DNA of 64,000 bases from a bacterium (GTDB lineage: Bacteria; Synergistota; GBS-1): assembly GCA_030153785.1 (NCBI GenBank), contig JASKLF010000006.1:32001-96000 (forward strand). Direction: 5' to 3'. Below are positions 1 to 11,367 of the stretch, piece by piece. A program made the translations under genes and the position numbers. The notes under the pieces were generated by a model that was given only the letters and a program-made list of their open reading frames with translations, had not been told where the DNA came from and made no database searches. The stretch's first letter is position 1; every line of letters begins with the position of its first letter.

Positions 1-194
1 TCCTTCTTATCAAGATAGGGGGAGGGATCGAAATTTCTAACCTCCCCAGCTATCTGAGAATCAAGTCCAGAAGGATCGAAAGAGGTTATTCTTTCTATGC
101 CGTTTTTCCCTTCCTTAAGAGCTTGCCAAAATTCTTCCACGCCTATTCCTATTGGAGAAACCACACCAGCACCTGTAATAGCAACCCTTCGCAA
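1..194 (-). CDS. fabF: 3-oxoacyl-ACP synthase II, 5' part (runs off window edge)
   Basis: Manual translation from TTG at 194 gives MRRVAITGAGVVSPIGIGVEEFWQALKEGKNGIERIT..., a typical FabF N-terminus; lies directly after acpP. Confidence 0.93.
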   Translation of the reverse strand, partial: MRRVAITGAGVVSPIGIGVEEFWQALKEGKNGIERITSFDPSGLDSQIAGEVRNFDPSPYLDKK

Positions 195-207
195 GAACGT
201 CACCCCT

Positions 208-462
208 TTAGTCTTCTATCCCAAGCTTATTTTTAATGTAGTCAACAGCAGCGCCTACGGTGGTTAGCTTTTCAGCATCCTCATCAGGGATCTCAATATC
301 AAATTCTTCTTCTATTGCCATGATCAATTCTACAATATCAAGAGAATCCGCTCCCAGATCGTCGATAAAAGAAGCATCGGGTCTTATCTCAGATTCCTCT
401 ACACCCAACCTTTCAACAACTATATTCTTGAGTCTTTCAAGGATATCTTCCACCTCGTTCAC
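208..462 (-). CDS. acpP: Acyl carrier protein
   Basis: DLGADSLD phosphopantetheine motif; true start may be GTG at 453 given SD spacing. Confidence 0.97.
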   Translation of the reverse strand: MNEVEDILERLKNIVVERLGVEESEIRPDASFIDDLGADSLDIVELIMAIEEEFDIEIPDEDAEKLTTVGAAVDYIKNKLGIED

Positions 463-470
463 CCCCCTTC

Positions 471-1214
471 TTACATCACCATTCCACCGTCAATATTTAT
501 AACCTGACCTGTTATGTAGCTTGCGTCCTCAGAAGCAAGAAAAGCCACCAATTTGGCCACCTCCTCGGGTTTTCCTATCCTTCGCAGAGCAATTTGCTCC
601 AAAAAGCGTTCTTTCATCTCCGCTGGTAGAGAAGATGTCATATCTGTCTCTATAAAACCAGGGGCCACTGCGTTTACTGTAATTCCCCTGCTTCCGACCT
701 CTTTTGCAAGCGCCTTCGTAAAACCTATCACCCCTGCTTTAGCTGCGGCATAATTAGTTTGACCGATATTGCCAATTTCCCCTATGACAGAAGTTATGTT
801 TATTATCCTGCCCCATCTTTTCTTAAGCATACCCTTTACAGCTTCCCTCGAACACAAAAAAACCCCCGTTAAGTCCGTATCTATAACTTCCCGCCAATCC
901 CTCAACTTCATTCTAAGTAAAAGAGTATCTCTAACTATCCCTGCATTGTTAACCAAGATATCCACACCACCAAATTCTGAAGAAACCTTCTTAAACATTT
1001 CTGCGACATCTTCTTCAAGAGCAACGTTTGCCTTTACCGCCATAGCTACACCGCCGTTTTTTAAAATACTATCGACAACTTCTTGGGCAAGCTTCTCACT
1101 TTTGGCATAATTAACAACAACTTTTGCACCACGATTGGCAAGCTCAATTGCTATTGCTCTCCCTATTCCTCGCGATCCTCCCGTAACAAGAGCCGTTTTC
1201 CCAAGCAAGCTCAT
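471..1214 (-). CDS. fabG: 3-oxoacyl-ACP reductase
   Basis: [12 protein letters not shown] and YAAAK SDR motifs; fab operon context. Confidence 0.96.
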   Translation of the reverse strand: MSLLGKTALVTGGSRGIGRAIAIELANRGAKVVVNYAKSEKLAQEVVDSILKNGGVAMAVKANVALEEDVAEMFKKVSSEFGGVDILVNNAGIVRDTLLLRMKLRDWREVIDTDLTGVFLCSREAVKGMLKKRWGRIINITSVIGEIGNIGQTNYAAAKAGVIGFTKALAKEVGSRGITVNAVAPGFIETDMTSSLPAEMKERFLEQIALRRIGKPEEVAKLVAFLASEDASYITGQVINIDGGMVM

Positions 1215-1215
1215 T

Positions 1216-2160
1216 TTAAATAACCCCCTCTAAAAAATCAAGGGTTTCCTTCAACGTTTTTTCATCCTCAACCCTAAGAAGCTTAACATTTCTGTTAATA
1301 GACTTTATAAGACCAGACAACACCTTCCCCGGGCCAACCTCGATGAAAGCTTCTACACCTTCTTCTACCATCTTGACCACAGAATCAACCCATTTAACAG
1401 GAGAAAAAGTTTGGTTTTTAAGCTTAAGCTTTATTTCATCACCCTTTACGGTTGGCAACCCATCCACATTCGTAACTATGGGAATCTGAGCATCTCTAAA
1501 TGAAATCCTCTGAAATTCTACCCAAAGCTTTTCTCCCACTTCTTTCATTAACTCACAATGAAAGGGGGCGCTTACATTAAGCTCGACTACTTTTTTAGCC
1601 CCTCTTTCCTTAGCTAAGCTCAACGCCCTTTTAACTGCCTCCTTATGACCAGAAATTACTATTTGAGACGGAGAATTAATGTTAGCACAAGACAGAATCT
1701 CTCCCATCGCGCTCTCAAGGCATATTTTCTCAACCTCTTCTATAGGAAGCCCAATAACGGCTCCCATCGCACCCACTCCTAAAGGAACAGCCTCTTGCAT
1801 CCACTCTCCTCTTTTTCGCACAAGTTTAATGGCGTCAGGAAATTCTAAAACTGAAGAAGCAACAAGCGCTGTATACTCTCCTAAACTATGACCAGCAAAA
1901 AAGGCAGGTTTTATTTCAGGCTTCATATCCTTAAGGAGCCTCCAAAAAGCCACAGAAACAGCCATTATAGCAGGTTGAGTATTATAGGTCTTGGATAACT
2001 CTTCTTCCGGTCCCTCAAAGCAAAGCTTCTTTATGGGAATACCTAAAACGCTATCCGCTTCATCTAAAGTCTCATCAACAATCGGATATTTCTCTGCAAG
2101 TTCTCTTCCCATACCTACATACTGAGAAGCCTGACCAGGAAAAACGACAGCATATTTCAT
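1216..2160 (-). CDS. fabD: Malonyl-CoA:ACP transacylase
   Basis: FPGQ, GHSLGEY and SAPFH motifs. Confidence 0.96.
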   Translation of the reverse strand: MKYAVVFPGQASQYVGMGRELAEKYPIVDETLDEADSVLGIPIKKLCFEGPEEELSKTYNTQPAIMAVSVAFWRLLKDMKPEIKPAFFAGHSLGEYTALVASSVLEFPDAIKLVRKRGEWMQEAVPLGVGAMGAVIGLPIEEVEKICLESAMGEILSCANINSPSQIVISGHKEAVKRALSLAKERGAKKVVELNVSAPFHCELMKEVGEKLWVEFQRISFRDAQIPIVTNVDGLPTVKGDEIKLKLKNQTFSPVKWVDSVVKMVEEGVEAFIEVGPGKVLSGLIKSINRNVKLLRVEDEKTLKETLDFLEGVI

Positions 2161-3125
2161 TAGGCTTCACCTCTTAAATATTTGGAGGATAAACCTTCCA
2201 AAACAGAATAAGCCTCCCTCATTATATCTTCTATTATTTCTTTAGCTGGCTTTATGTCTTTTATCAAACCAGATATCTGTCCTGCCATAACCGATCCCCA
2301 TTCCACATCACCTTCCACCACTGCTGACCTCAGTTTACCAACACCAAGCTTCTCAAACTCTTCAATAGAAGCCCTTTCCATCTCTAGTCTTTCGAATTCT
2401 TTTGTCAACTTGTTTTTAAGACACCTAACAGGATGTCCAGTTATACGCGCTGTAACTACCGTATCCCTGTCACCTGCATTTACTATTCTTTCTTTGTATT
2501 TTATATGAGCAGGACTTTCCAACGCACAAACAAATCTTGTTCCCATCTGGACTCCTTCCGCTCCCAAAGCTAAAGCAGCAACAAATCCTCTACCATCTCC
2601 TATTCCACCAGCAGCTATTACAGGAATACTAACAGCATCAACAACCTGAGGAACAAGCACCATGGTCGTTAGCTCCCCTATATGACCTCCTGACTCGGTT
2701 CCCTCAGCTACAACAGCATCGGCTCCCTGTTTTTCCACTCTCTTGGCATGAGCAACAGAGGCTATAACAGGGATAACCTTCGTACCCAGAGGTTTCAGAG
2801 CATCTATTACCTTCTGAGGGCTACCAGCACCAGTAGTCACAACAGGAACCCTTTCACGTTTCAAAAGCTCTATTACATCATCAACATACGGAGAAAGAAG
2901 CATTATATTGACCCCAAAGGGTTTATTAGTCAACTCTTTCGCTCTTTTTATCTCCTTCTCAAGCCAATCAGCCGGGGCATTACCGGCTCCTATTATTCCT
3001 AAACCACCGGCGTTTGATACTGCTGCTGCAAGATCTGCATTAGCAACCCACGCCATACCTCCTTGAAATATAGGATATTCCAAATTCAGCATTTCCGTTA
3101 TCCTAGTTTTAAACCTTATTACCAT
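2160..3125 (-). CDS. fabK: Enoyl-ACP reductase II (FabK)
   Basis: PIFQGGMAW, ESGGHIG, AAGGIGDG and MAGQ motifs; fab operon context. Confidence 0.93.
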   Translation of the reverse strand: MVIRFKTRITEMLNLEYPIFQGGMAWVANADLAAAVSNAGGLGIIGAGNAPADWLEKEIKRAKELTNKPFGVNIMLLSPYVDDVIELLKRERVPVVTTGAGSPQKVIDALKPLGTKVIPVIASVAHAKRVEKQGADAVVAEGTESGGHIGELTTMVLVPQVVDAVSIPVIAAGGIGDGRGFVAALALGAEGVQMGTRFVCALESPAHIKYKERIVNAGDRDTVVTARITGHPVRCLKNKLTKEFERLEMERASIEEFEKLGVGKLRSAVVEGDVEWGSVMAGQISGLIKDIKPAKEIIEDIMREAYSVLEGLSSKYLRGEA

Positions 3126-4114
3126 TCCAATATCACTCCCCCATAGGTCATTCCAGAACCGAAGCTAACAAACATTATCTTGTCTCCCTTTTTTATCCTT
3201 CCATCCCTAACAGCCTCATCCAGAGCAATAAAAACAGTAGCTGCCGAAGTATTACCATATTTATCTAGGTTAACGATGGCCTTCTCTTTACTCACGCCAA
3301 ATCTGTCTAACACAGCGTCTATTATTCTTAAGTTAGCCTGATGAAAAATATACCAATCTATATCTGCTGGAGTCATTCCATTCCTCTCCAGCAAAGATTT
3401 CATGAAAGCAGGGATCACTCTAACAACATACTTAAAAACTTCGTTCCCTTTCATATGCACGGTATGAAGCTTTTTCCTTACCGTTTCTTCCGTAGCTGGC
3501 ATAGCGGCTAATCCTGCTGGAAGCTCTATGTAATCAGCCTTCGTTCCATCAGACTTCAAATCGAAGTCAATTATTCCCCCATTTTCCACTGCTCTCATAA
3601 CTACAGCCCCGGCTCCATCTCCAAAAAGAACACATGTATTACGATCTTCCCAATTAACGATTCTAGACAAAACCTCCACACCTATAACCAATACATTTTT
3701 CCAATGCCCATTTTTAATACCAGGCTCAACAATAGCCATAGCATACACCGGGCTTGTACATCCCGCTTGCAAATCGAAGGCTCCAGCCCTTGAAGCTCCA
3801 AGCATAGCTTGAACTCTACACGCTGTTGCTGGGAAAAGGGTATCAGGAGAATTTGTAGCAACAACTATTAAATCTATATCTTCTGAAGAAAGCTTAGCGC
3901 TCTCCAACGCCTTTTTAGCAGCTTCATATGCAAGATGAGACGGATTCACCCCTTCAGGTGCTATTCTTCTCTCTCTGATGCCTGTCCGCGTCACAATCCA
4001 TTCGTCGGAAGTTTCCACCATCTTTTCGAGATCCTTGTTCGTAAGAACAACATCCGGAAGATAAGACCCTACCCCTACGATACCAACTCGATTCAAACTA
4101 ACCACCACCTTCAA
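3119..4114 (-). CDS. fabH: 3-oxoacyl-ACP synthase III
   Basis: AGC, FHQAN and GNTSAA catalytic triad motifs; start may be TTG at 4096. Confidence 0.96.
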   Translation of the reverse strand: MKVVVSLNRVGIVGVGSYLPDVVLTNKDLEKMVETSDEWIVTRTGIRERRIAPEGVNPSHLAYEAAKKALESAKLSSEDIDLIVVATNSPDTLFPATACRVQAMLGASRAGAFDLQAGCTSPVYAMAIVEPGIKNGHWKNVLVIGVEVLSRIVNWEDRNTCVLFGDGAGAVVMRAVENGGIIDFDLKSDGTKADYIELPAGLAAMPATEETVRKKLHTVHMKGNEVFKYVVRVIPAFMKSLLERNGMTPADIDWYIFHQANLRIIDAVLDRFGVSKEKAIVNLDKYGNTSAATVFIALDEAVRDGRIKKGDKIMFVSFGSGMTYGGVILEW

Positions 4115-5102
4115 GACGCTTTTTTATTCGCTCAAGACCACCCTGTAACACAAACTCACGTGCTACCTTAATCGCATTAAAAATGGCCCTGCTTTTAGAC
4201 CTACCATGAGCTACAATTATCACTCCATCAACTCCCAAAAGGGGAGTGCCCCCGTATGCCTCATAGTCAAATTCCTGCCAAAGATCCCTAAGCATAGGAA
4301 GCATAAACAAAATACCTAACCGAGGAAGAAGCCTTTTCCCTATCTCTTCTTGAAGAAGCCTGTATACGGCCTCAGCAACCCCCTCTATAAACTTAAGCAT
4401 CACATTTCCAACAAATCCATCACAAACCACCACATCAGCTACCCCAAAAGGTATGTCCTTTCCCTCAACATTACCTATAAAGTTTATATTAGGCGCATTT
4501 TCCATTATTTCATAAGCTTCCTTTATAACTTCGTCTCCCTTTCCCCTCTCCTCTCCAACGGTTAAGAGCCCAACTTTGGGATTCTCTATTCCCAATATTG
4601 CAGACATATAAACGCTACCCATAACCGCAAATTGGTATAGGTTTTTTGGCTTACACCCAGCAGTCGCTCCCACATCAATCAAAAAAGCCCTACCTTTAAG
4701 GGTCGGAATTGCAACACCAAGAGCAGGCCTATCTATTCCCTCTATCCTCCCCAATCCCAACAATGCGCCCGCAACTATGGCTCCCGTGTTACCCGCGGAA
4801 ACGAACGCGTCTACTTTCTTTTCTTTAAGTAGCCTTATTGACTCCCATATCGAAGACTTCTTCTTTTTCCTAATTGCATCTACAGGAGATTCACCCATCC
4901 CTACACTTTCAGGGGCATGGTGTATCAAGATACCTTTCATTTTGTCCTTTTCAAGCCCAAGCCTATCTAAAGCCTCTCCGATAATAATTTCATTTCCTAC
5001 AAGAACAATCTCTTCTCCCAAATTTTTCACAGCCAAGAGGGCTCCTTTAATTACTTCCTCAGGAGCATAATCTCCTCCCATTGCATCCAACGCTATCTTC
5101 AT
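4098..5102 (-). CDS. plsX: Phosphate acyltransferase PlsX
   Basis: IALDAMGGD, SAGNTGA and DGFVGN motifs. Confidence 0.96.
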   Translation of the reverse strand: MKIALDAMGGDYAPEEVIKGALLAVKNLGEEIVLVGNEIIIGEALDRLGLEKDKMKGILIHHAPESVGMGESPVDAIRKKKKSSIWESIRLLKEKKVDAFVSAGNTGAIVAGALLGLGRIEGIDRPALGVAIPTLKGRAFLIDVGATAGCKPKNLYQFAVMGSVYMSAILGIENPKVGLLTVGEERGKGDEVIKEAYEIMENAPNINFIGNVEGKDIPFGVADVVVCDGFVGNVMLKFIEGVAEAVYRLLQEEIGKRLLPRLGILFMLPMLRDLWQEFDYEAYGGTPLLGVDGVIIVAHGRSKSRAIFNAIKVAREFVLQGGLERIKKRLEGGG

Positions 5103-5695
5103 GTCTTTTCTCCCCCCTTCTCCCGAGAAACAACAATAAAGTATCCCACAAAAACCTCAACGTCGTTAACATACGAATGAATAGATATTAGATACTTATT
5201 ACCCTTCTTCTTTGCAACCCTGCCCTGAGCAACTATTTTATCACCAACCTTAACGGGACGCTTAAAGCTTATCCTTGCTCTTCCTATTAAAACTTCTTCC
5301 GAACCTATTAAAGCCATTGCAAGAGAACTTGCTTGAGCAAAAGTATATACCTCTCTAATCACGTCACTGTTTTTAAAAGCCATCTCCTTAGTAGTTTCAA
5401 GAACAGAAATTCCTCTTTCATTCAGCCTCAGCTCTATAAGATCCCCTGTCATTTCATCGGGAGACATAGACCTAAGGACGCTTCTTGCCCTCTCGGCCAT
5501 CCTTCTCATACGCTCCCTAATCTCTGGAATACCCAGTCTTGCTCTATCAAATCGAATTGTAGATATGCTAACCTTTAATATCTCGGCAAGCTCCTCATCA
5601 GTAAGAAGAGGGTTACTTTCTACAAGCTTTTTCAAGCTTTCCTCTCTTTCCATCTTTTTAAGTTTTCTTAAAGAACTGTAAGTCCTCTTCCCCAA
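5099..5695 (-). CDS. fapR: Fatty-acid biosynthesis repressor FapR
   Basis: N-terminal HTH (NPLLTDEELAEILKVSISTIRFDR) plus hot-dog domain; first gene of the plsX-fab operon. Confidence 0.92.
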   Translation of the reverse strand: MGKRTYSSLRKLKKMEREESLKKLVESNPLLTDEELAEILKVSISTIRFDRARLGIPEIRERMRRMAERARSVLRSMSPDEMTGDLIELRLNERGISVLETTKEMAFKNSDVIREVYTFAQASSLAMALIGSEEVLIGRARISFKRPVKVGDKIVAQGRVAKKKGNKYLISIHSYVNDVEVFVGYFIVVSREKGGEKT

Positions 5696-5738
5696 TTAAC
5701 AACACCTCATAATACCTGCTAATAATAGCTGCTCACAA

Positions 5739-5767
5739 ATTATACCAAAACACCATGCTTCCCTCAA
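5739..5767 (-). promoter_or_regulatory. Sigma-70 promoter of the fapR/fab operon
   Basis: TTGAGG (5767-5762), 17 bp spacer, TATAAT (5744-5739) with TG extension. Confidence 0.7.
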
Positions 5768-5808
5768 GCCATTTTTAAAGCAAAAAATAACCCCTTTTCT
5801 CAAGCTTT

Positions 5809-5817
5809 TGGTATAAT
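5809..5817 (+). promoter_or_regulatory. Extended -10 promoter of the TAXI operon
   Basis: TGGTATAAT 35 nt upstream of ATG 5852; SD GGGGGAG follows. Confidence 0.6.
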
Positions 5818-5851
5818 GAAAGTATAAAAATCAGTAAAAGGGGGGAGTTAG

Positions 5852-6856
5852 ATGAAAAAAGGGCTTACATTTTTAATTCTCGCAATTCTTATTATAGGGA
5901 TCTGTGGAAGCGCTGTAGCAGCAACCGTATTCATAAGAATCACAACAGCAACAACGGGTGGAACTTATTATCCCGTAGGAGTAGGGATGGCAACCTTATG
6001 GACAGAAAAGCTAAAAAACGAAGGAATTGAAGCAAGGGCAATGTCATCTGCAGGATGGGTTGAAAATGTGGATATATTAAGAAAACACGAGGCAGAGATC
6101 GGAATAATGCAGGGACTTGCACAAGTTTTAGCGTGGGAGGGAAAAGACATTTTCCAAGGAAATCCCTACAAAGATATGCGATCTATGCTTGTCCTTTGGC
6201 CTAATGTTGATCATTTCGTTCTTGTGAAAGACAAAGTTAAAACTGGAACAGCAATAGATATAAAAGGAACACGCTTTTGCCCAGGCGCTACTGGAAGCGG
6301 AACGCTTATGTCAACCAAATATATAATGCAGGCTTTAGGAATAACCTTCAAAGATATTCAGCCAGAATTTGTAGGATACGCTGAAGCAGCAAGAGCAATT
6401 ATGGATGGAAGACTTGACGGCGGTTCCTTCATAGCAGGTCCGCCTGTTTCCGCCGTGACCGAGTTATTCGCAGCACCGGGAGGTCCCAAAGTCAAAATTT
6501 TAGAATTCACCGATGAACAGCTAAAGAAAGTTCAAGAGATTCTCCCCTTCTATTTCCGCTTCGTGATAGAACCCGGGACCTATCCTAACCAGAATGAACC
6601 TATAAAAACCATCGCTCAGCCTAACTGGCTTGCCGTGAGAAAAGATGTCCCCGCCGATGTAGTTTATAAACTAACCAAAACACTATGGGAAAATTTAGAC
6701 TACATGTTAAAGGTTCATAAAGCTTGTAGATATCTAAATCTAGAAAAAGCCTTAGATGGACTTACTGTTCCACTCCACCCTGGGGCATATAGGTACTATA
6801 AAGAAAAAGGTCTGTCCATTCCTGACCGCCTTATTCCTCCAGAAGAAAAGAAATGA
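5852..6856 (+). CDS. TAXI-family TRAP solute-binding protein
   Basis: Signal peptide, TATTGGTYY, GATGSGT and PLHPGA.RYY motifs. Confidence 0.92.
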   Translation: MKKGLTFLILAILIIGICGSAVAATVFIRITTATTGGTYYPVGVGMATLWTEKLKNEGIEARAMSSAGWVENVDILRKHEAEIGIMQGLAQVLAWEGKDIFQGNPYKDMRSMLVLWPNVDHFVLVKDKVKTGTAIDIKGTRFCPGATGSGTLMSTKYIMQALGITFKDIQPEFVGYAEAARAIMDGRLDGGSFIAGPPVSAVTELFAAPGGPKVKILEFTDEQLKKVQEILPFYFRFVIEPGTYPNQNEPIKTIAQPNWLAVRKDVPADVVYKLTKTLWENLDYMLKVHKACRYLNLEKALDGLTVPLHPGAYRYYKEKGLSIPDRLIPPEEKK

Positions 6857-6879
6857 GGCTTTAGAAAACAAAGCAAGAC

Positions 6880-6918
6880 AAAAAGAAATGGGCTCGCCTG
6901 GCGAGCCCATTTCTTTTT
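6880..6918 (+). terminator. Hairpin between TAXI SBP and permease (terminator or mRNA stabiliser)
   Basis: AAAAAGAAATGGGCTCGCC-T-GGCGAGCCCATTTCTTTTT, perfect 19-bp arms ending in a U tract. Confidence 0.8.
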
Positions 6919-6940
6919 ACAGTTAGCAAAATAGGGGGGA

Positions 6941-8794
6941 TTGAAATTGAAGAGAGCCCTCAAGGGAAGGTACAGAACAATAGCAGCTATAATAGCTATC
7001 TCCTTTTCCGTGTTTGAGTTATGGGTCAATAGCTTTGGTATAATGCTCGACATAAAAAGAAACGCCCTACACCTTGGATTTCTACTAGCACTTGTGTTTT
7101 TACTCTATCCCGCATCCAAAAGGTCCGACTCGGAAAAACCAACGCTACTTGACACAACCTTATCCGTGCTAGGACTTTCCGTTGGACTTTATATCCTTTT
7201 TTTCTACGACGATCTCTTCACAAGGGCAGGCATCGCAATAACAAGAGATTACATATTCGCTATCGCATGTATCCTCTTAGTATTAGAGGCATCAAGAAGA
7301 AGCATAGGATGGATATTTTGCGGATTGGTAGCCTTCTTTCTCCTATATGCCGTTTATGGATACCTTTTTCCAGGGATTTTCAAGCATCCTGGTATAAGCT
7401 GGACAAGAACTCTATATAGAATGTATCTTACATATGAAGGGATATTAGGAGTAACCCTTTCGGTATCTTCAACCTTCATCTTCCTTTTTATCCTCTTCAG
7501 CGCTTTTCTTGAAGTCTGTGGAACAGCGGAATTTTTTAATGACCTAGCATTAGCCCTTGCAGGATCAAAACGCGGTGGACCCGCATTTGTAGCTGTTATA
7601 GCTAGTGCTCTCATGGGAACGCTAAGTGGAAGCGCTGTAGCAAATGTTGCTACCACAGGAAGTTTCACAATTCCCTTAATGAAAAAGATAGGATACAAGC
7701 CTCACTTTGCAGGCGCCGTGGAGGCCGCTGCTTCAACAGGGGGACAAATTATGCCCCCCATCATGGGTGCAGCAGCATTTCTAATGGCATCCTTCCTTCA
7801 GATATCTTATTTCAAGATAATAACCGCAGCTTTAATACCTGCTCTGCTCTATTATATTGCTATAGCAGCAAACGTCTACTTAGAAGCCAGAAGACTAAAC
7901 CTTCAAGGCATGCCTCCAGAAGATTTACCCTCGCTTAAAGAAGTCTTAACTAAAAGAGGTTTCATGATAACTCCTCTCATAGTAATAATATATTTGTTGC
8001 TAACAGGAAGAACTCCTTTAATGGCTGGCTTTGGAGGCATTATAACAACCATTTTAGTTAGTTTCATAAGAAGAGAAACACGCATTACCTTACAAAGGTT
8101 TCTCAAAGCCCTTGAAGAGGGAGCTTATTCAGCTACCCAAGTTGGAATAGCATGCGCCGCTTGTGGAATAATAGTAGGCGTAGCTGCCGTGACAGGCATT
8201 GGATCCACAATAGCTTACAGTCTTATACACTTGTCCGGAGGTATACCATTGGTTGCACTTTCCATGATCATGGCTACATGTATCATCCTCAGCATGGGAT
8301 TACCTTCCACAGCGCTTTACATAATAGTGGCAACGGTTGCAGCACCAGCAATGATCGACCTCGGCTTCCTCCCACTAGCAGCTCATTTCTTCGTCTTCTA
8401 TTTTGGAGCCCTCTCAAACCTTACTCCCCCAGTTGCATTAGCCTCATACACTGCAGCAGGATTAGCAGGATCTAATCCCACAATAACTGCCCTAACCGGA
8501 CTTAAACTAGCGTTGGCTGGTTTTATAATTCCTTTCGTATATACCTTTAATCCTGCCTTATTAGCTCAAAGCCCTACCGTATACTCGGTTTTCATTTCTG
8601 CAGGGGAATGCTTAGCCGGAGTTATAGCACTCGCAATAGGAACCGCAGGATATTTGCAGAAAAAGCTTAAAATTTGGGAAAGAAGCCTATTTATTTTATC
8701 GGCGATTCTACTGTTATTACCATTGAAAATGTCCTCTATTTATGGTATAGTTCCCCTTAGCCTACTTATAGTGAGAGAAAAATGGAAGCGTTAA
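6941..8794 (+). CDS. TRAP fused 4TM/12TM permease (TAXI type)
   Basis: [32 protein letters not shown] and TPPVALA motifs; many TM segments. Confidence 0.93.
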   Translation: MKLKRALKGRYRTIAAIIAISFSVFELWVNSFGIMLDIKRNALHLGFLLALVFLLYPASKRSDSEKPTLLDTTLSVLGLSVGLYILFFYDDLFTRAGIAITRDYIFAIACILLVLEASRRSIGWIFCGLVAFFLLYAVYGYLFPGIFKHPGISWTRTLYRMYLTYEGILGVTLSVSSTFIFLFILFSAFLEVCGTAEFFNDLALALAGSKRGGPAFVAVIASALMGTLSGSAVANVATTGSFTIPLMKKIGYKPHFAGAVEAAASTGGQIMPPIMGAAAFLMASFLQISYFKIITAALIPALLYYIAIAANVYLEARRLNLQGMPPEDLPSLKEVLTKRGFMITPLIVIIYLLLTGRTPLMAGFGGIITTILVSFIRRETRITLQRFLKALEEGAYSATQVGIACAACGIIVGVAAVTGIGSTIAYSLIHLSGGIPLVALSMIMATCIILSMGLPSTALYIIVATVAAPAMIDLGFLPLAAHFFVFYFGALSNLTPPVALASYTAAGLAGSNPTITALTGLKLALAGFIIPFVYTFNPALLAQSPTVYSVFISAGECLAGVIALAIGTAGYLQKKLKIWERSLFILSAILLLLPLKMSSIYGIVPLSLLIVREKWKR

Positions 8795-9552
8795 GAGCCA
8801 TAAATATATCTAAAAAGTTTGGAGATCTTCACGTTCTTAAAGGAATAAGTATTTCTGTCAAAAAAGGAGAAGTCCTTTCCATTATAGGGCCTAGCGGTTC
8901 AGGAAAAAGCACCCTATTAAGATGTTTATGCGGCCTGGAACGAATAGACAGCGGTGAGATATACATAAACAACGAGCCTCTCTCTATTGGAAGATTCAGC
9001 CATAAAAATCTTGCAACGAAGATAGGAATGATATTTCAAAGCTTTAACCTTTTCCCCCATATGACCGCGCTTGAAAATGTTATGTTAGCTCCTATAAAGG
9101 TTAAGGGGTTAAGAAAAAGCGAGGCGGAAAAGCTGGCAAAAGACTTATTGGCACGAGTGGGATTAGAAGACAAGATAAACTATAGGCCGTCTCAGCTTTC
9201 CGGTGGCCAACAACAAAGAGTAGCTATAGCAAGAGCCTTAGCTATGCAACCTGATATCATGCTTTTTGACGAGCCAACTTCAGCCTTAGATCCAGAATTA
9301 GTTGGAGAGGTGCTGGATGTAATAGCCCAACTTGCAAAGGAAGGTATGACAATGATAATTGTGACTCATGAGATGCTTTTCGCCAAAGAAATATCTCATA
9401 GAGTCATCTTCATGGATGAAGGAGTCATCATCGAAGAGGGAAAGCCGGGTGAAATTTTCCTTCACCCTCAGAATCCGAGAACAAGAACTTTCCTAAAAAG
9501 GCTTTTGCCACACTTTGGGAGCTCACTGATAGAGGAAGAGATTAAGCCATGA
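8782..9552 (+). CDS. Polar amino-acid ABC transporter ATPase (GlnQ-like)
   Basis: [16 protein letters not shown] and [11 protein letters not shown] motifs. Confidence 0.95.
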   Translation: MEALRAINISKKFGDLHVLKGISISVKKGEVLSIIGPSGSGKSTLLRCLCGLERIDSGEIYINNEPLSIGRFSHKNLATKIGMIFQSFNLFPHMTALENVMLAPIKVKGLRKSEAEKLAKDLLARVGLEDKINYRPSQLSGGQQQRVAIARALAMQPDIMLFDEPTSALDPELVGEVLDVIAQLAKEGMTMIIVTHEMLFAKEISHRVIFMDEGVIIEEGKPGEIFLHPQNPRTRTFLKRLLPHFGSSLIEEEIKP

Positions 9553-10202
9553 ATTTAGATTTTAGTATAGTCATACCGTATCTACCAATGTTCCTAAAAG
9601 GAACAAAAGCCACAATAGAAGCAAGTACCTTAGCAATTCTCATCGGTTTAGTTATAGGAACTATCGTAGGCATAGGGAGAGTTATTCCATCAAGACCTAT
9701 AAACTTTATAGCGTGGCTTTACGTATATGTGATAAGAGGAACTCCACTTTTAGTTCAGCTTTTTGTTATTTACTTTGGACTACCTTCCATAGGTATTGAA
9801 TTTGAAGCTTTTACTGCTGGCGTAATAGGCTTAGGTATAAATAGTGGTGGATATGTAGCGGAGATAGTCCGTGGAGGAATAGAAGCGGTCCCTAAAGGAC
9901 AAATTGAAGCTGCAAAGGTTCTTGGCTTGAGTTATCTACAAACTATGTGGTATATAATTCTTCCACAAGCAATCAGAAATATGCTACCAGCATTAGGAAA
10001 CGAATTTGTAACCTTGGTTAAGGAATCTTCCTTACTTTCTACTTTAGCCATAACTGAACTAACCATGGTAGGTCAACAAGTTAGAAGTGTAACCTTCGCT
10101 TCATTCGAGGTTTTTATAGTAGTCGCATTAATTTACCTATTCATAACTACAATAGTAAGTACATTAGTAAGACACATAGAAAGGAAGTGGCAAGTGAGAT
10201 GA
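9549..10202 (+). CDS. Polar amino-acid ABC transporter permease
   Basis: RGTPLLVQ motif and EAA loop ([10 protein letters not shown]). Confidence 0.95.
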   Translation: MNLDFSIVIPYLPMFLKGTKATIEASTLAILIGLVIGTIVGIGRVIPSRPINFIAWLYVYVIRGTPLLVQLFVIYFGLPSIGIEFEAFTAGVIGLGINSGGYVAEIVRGGIEAVPKGQIEAAKVLGLSYLQTMWYIILPQAIRNMLPALGNEFVTLVKESSLLSTLAITELTMVGQQVRSVTFASFEVFIVVALIYLFITTIVSTLVRHIERKWQVR

Positions 10203-11335
10203 TAAAATTAGCAGAACGGGTTATTAACCTTGAGGTACTGAACCTCCTAGAGGTATCCGCGGGAGCCCCCCCTGACTGTGTGAACTTAACCGTGGGAGAA
10301 CCTGACCTTCCACCAGATCCCTTAGTTAAAGAGGGAATTAAAGAAGCTCTTGACAAAAATCTTACTAAATATACCGCCGATGAAGGAATTTTAGAACTTC
10401 GAAAAGCTATTGCTGACGATCTTAAGGAGAGATACGGCGTCTCATACGACACCGATGAAATAATAATTACACAAGGAGGAGCAGGAGCAATATTTTCAAC
10501 CCTTTTAGCCCTTTTAAACGAAGGAGACAAAGCAATACTTCAATCTCCATGGTATTCTGGGCACTTAAGAGCCTTAAACCTCCTAAGAGCAAAAACTTTT
10601 CCCTTTAAAACCTTAGAGAAAGGAATTCCCGTAGAACCAAGGTTAGATAGCCTTCCAAAAGAAGCAAAAATAATCTTTCTCTGTTCTCCTAATAATCCAA
10701 CAGGAATGGTGCTAAAACATGAAGACTTGGAAAAAATATTATTCTTCGCCAAACAAAACGACCAAATAATACTTATAGACATCGCCTATGAAGCTTTAAC
10801 GAACGACGGGAAAGTGCCCTTACCTATCGAATTTAAAGGCGGAAAAGATCAAACAGTGATTTTAGGCTCTTTCTCAAAGTGTTACTCTATAACAGGCTTA
10901 AGAATAGGGTATGTGGCAGCTCCTAAAGAAATTGCAGTAGGAATTAAGAAGGCCATCTCTACCTTTAGTTTCTGTGCTAACTCTATAACGCAGTATGGAG
11001 TACTAAATGCTTTCAAAAAGGGAAATCCCAACTTCCCTTCGTTAAGGAAAGAATTTAGAAAAAGAAGAGAAATAGCCTTTGAAATACTATCAAAAGGCAA
11101 TAGGCTTACACTTTCGAAACCTGAGGGAGGCTTTTTTATCTTCCCTTATTTTGAGGATGGAAAGGAAGATGTGGAACGCGCAAAATTATTAGTGAGAAAA
11201 GCGAAAGTTATTACCGTTCCAGGCTATCCCTTCTTTGGGCCTGATGGGAAAGGACACTTAAGAATTGCCTTAACCCAACCTGTAGAGATATTAAAAGAAG
11301 CTCTAGAAAAAATTATATCCGTCCTTGAAAGTTAA
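10187..11335 (+). CDS. PLP-dependent class I/II aminotransferase
   Basis: GEPD, SPNNPTG, DIAY and SFSK..ITGLRIG motifs. Confidence 0.92.
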   Translation: MASEMIKLAERVINLEVLNLLEVSAGAPPDCVNLTVGEPDLPPDPLVKEGIKEALDKNLTKYTADEGILELRKAIADDLKERYGVSYDTDEIIITQGGAGAIFSTLLALLNEGDKAILQSPWYSGHLRALNLLRAKTFPFKTLEKGIPVEPRLDSLPKEAKIIFLCSPNNPTGMVLKHEDLEKILFFAKQNDQIILIDIAYEALTNDGKVPLPIEFKGGKDQTVILGSFSKCYSITGLRIGYVAAPKEIAVGIKKAISTFSFCANSITQYGVLNAFKKGNPNFPSLRKEFRKRREIAFEILSKGNRLTLSKPEGGFFIFPYFEDGKEDVERAKLLVRKAKVITVPGYPFFGPDGKGHLRIALTQPVEILKEALEKIISVLES

Positions 11336-11367
11336 AGGGGGGCTAAAGCTTAGCCCCCCTCTTCTTT
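11334..11367. terminator. Probable bidirectional intrinsic terminator
   Basis: AGGGGGGCTAA-AGC-TTAGCCCCCCT between convergent genes. Confidence 0.8.
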
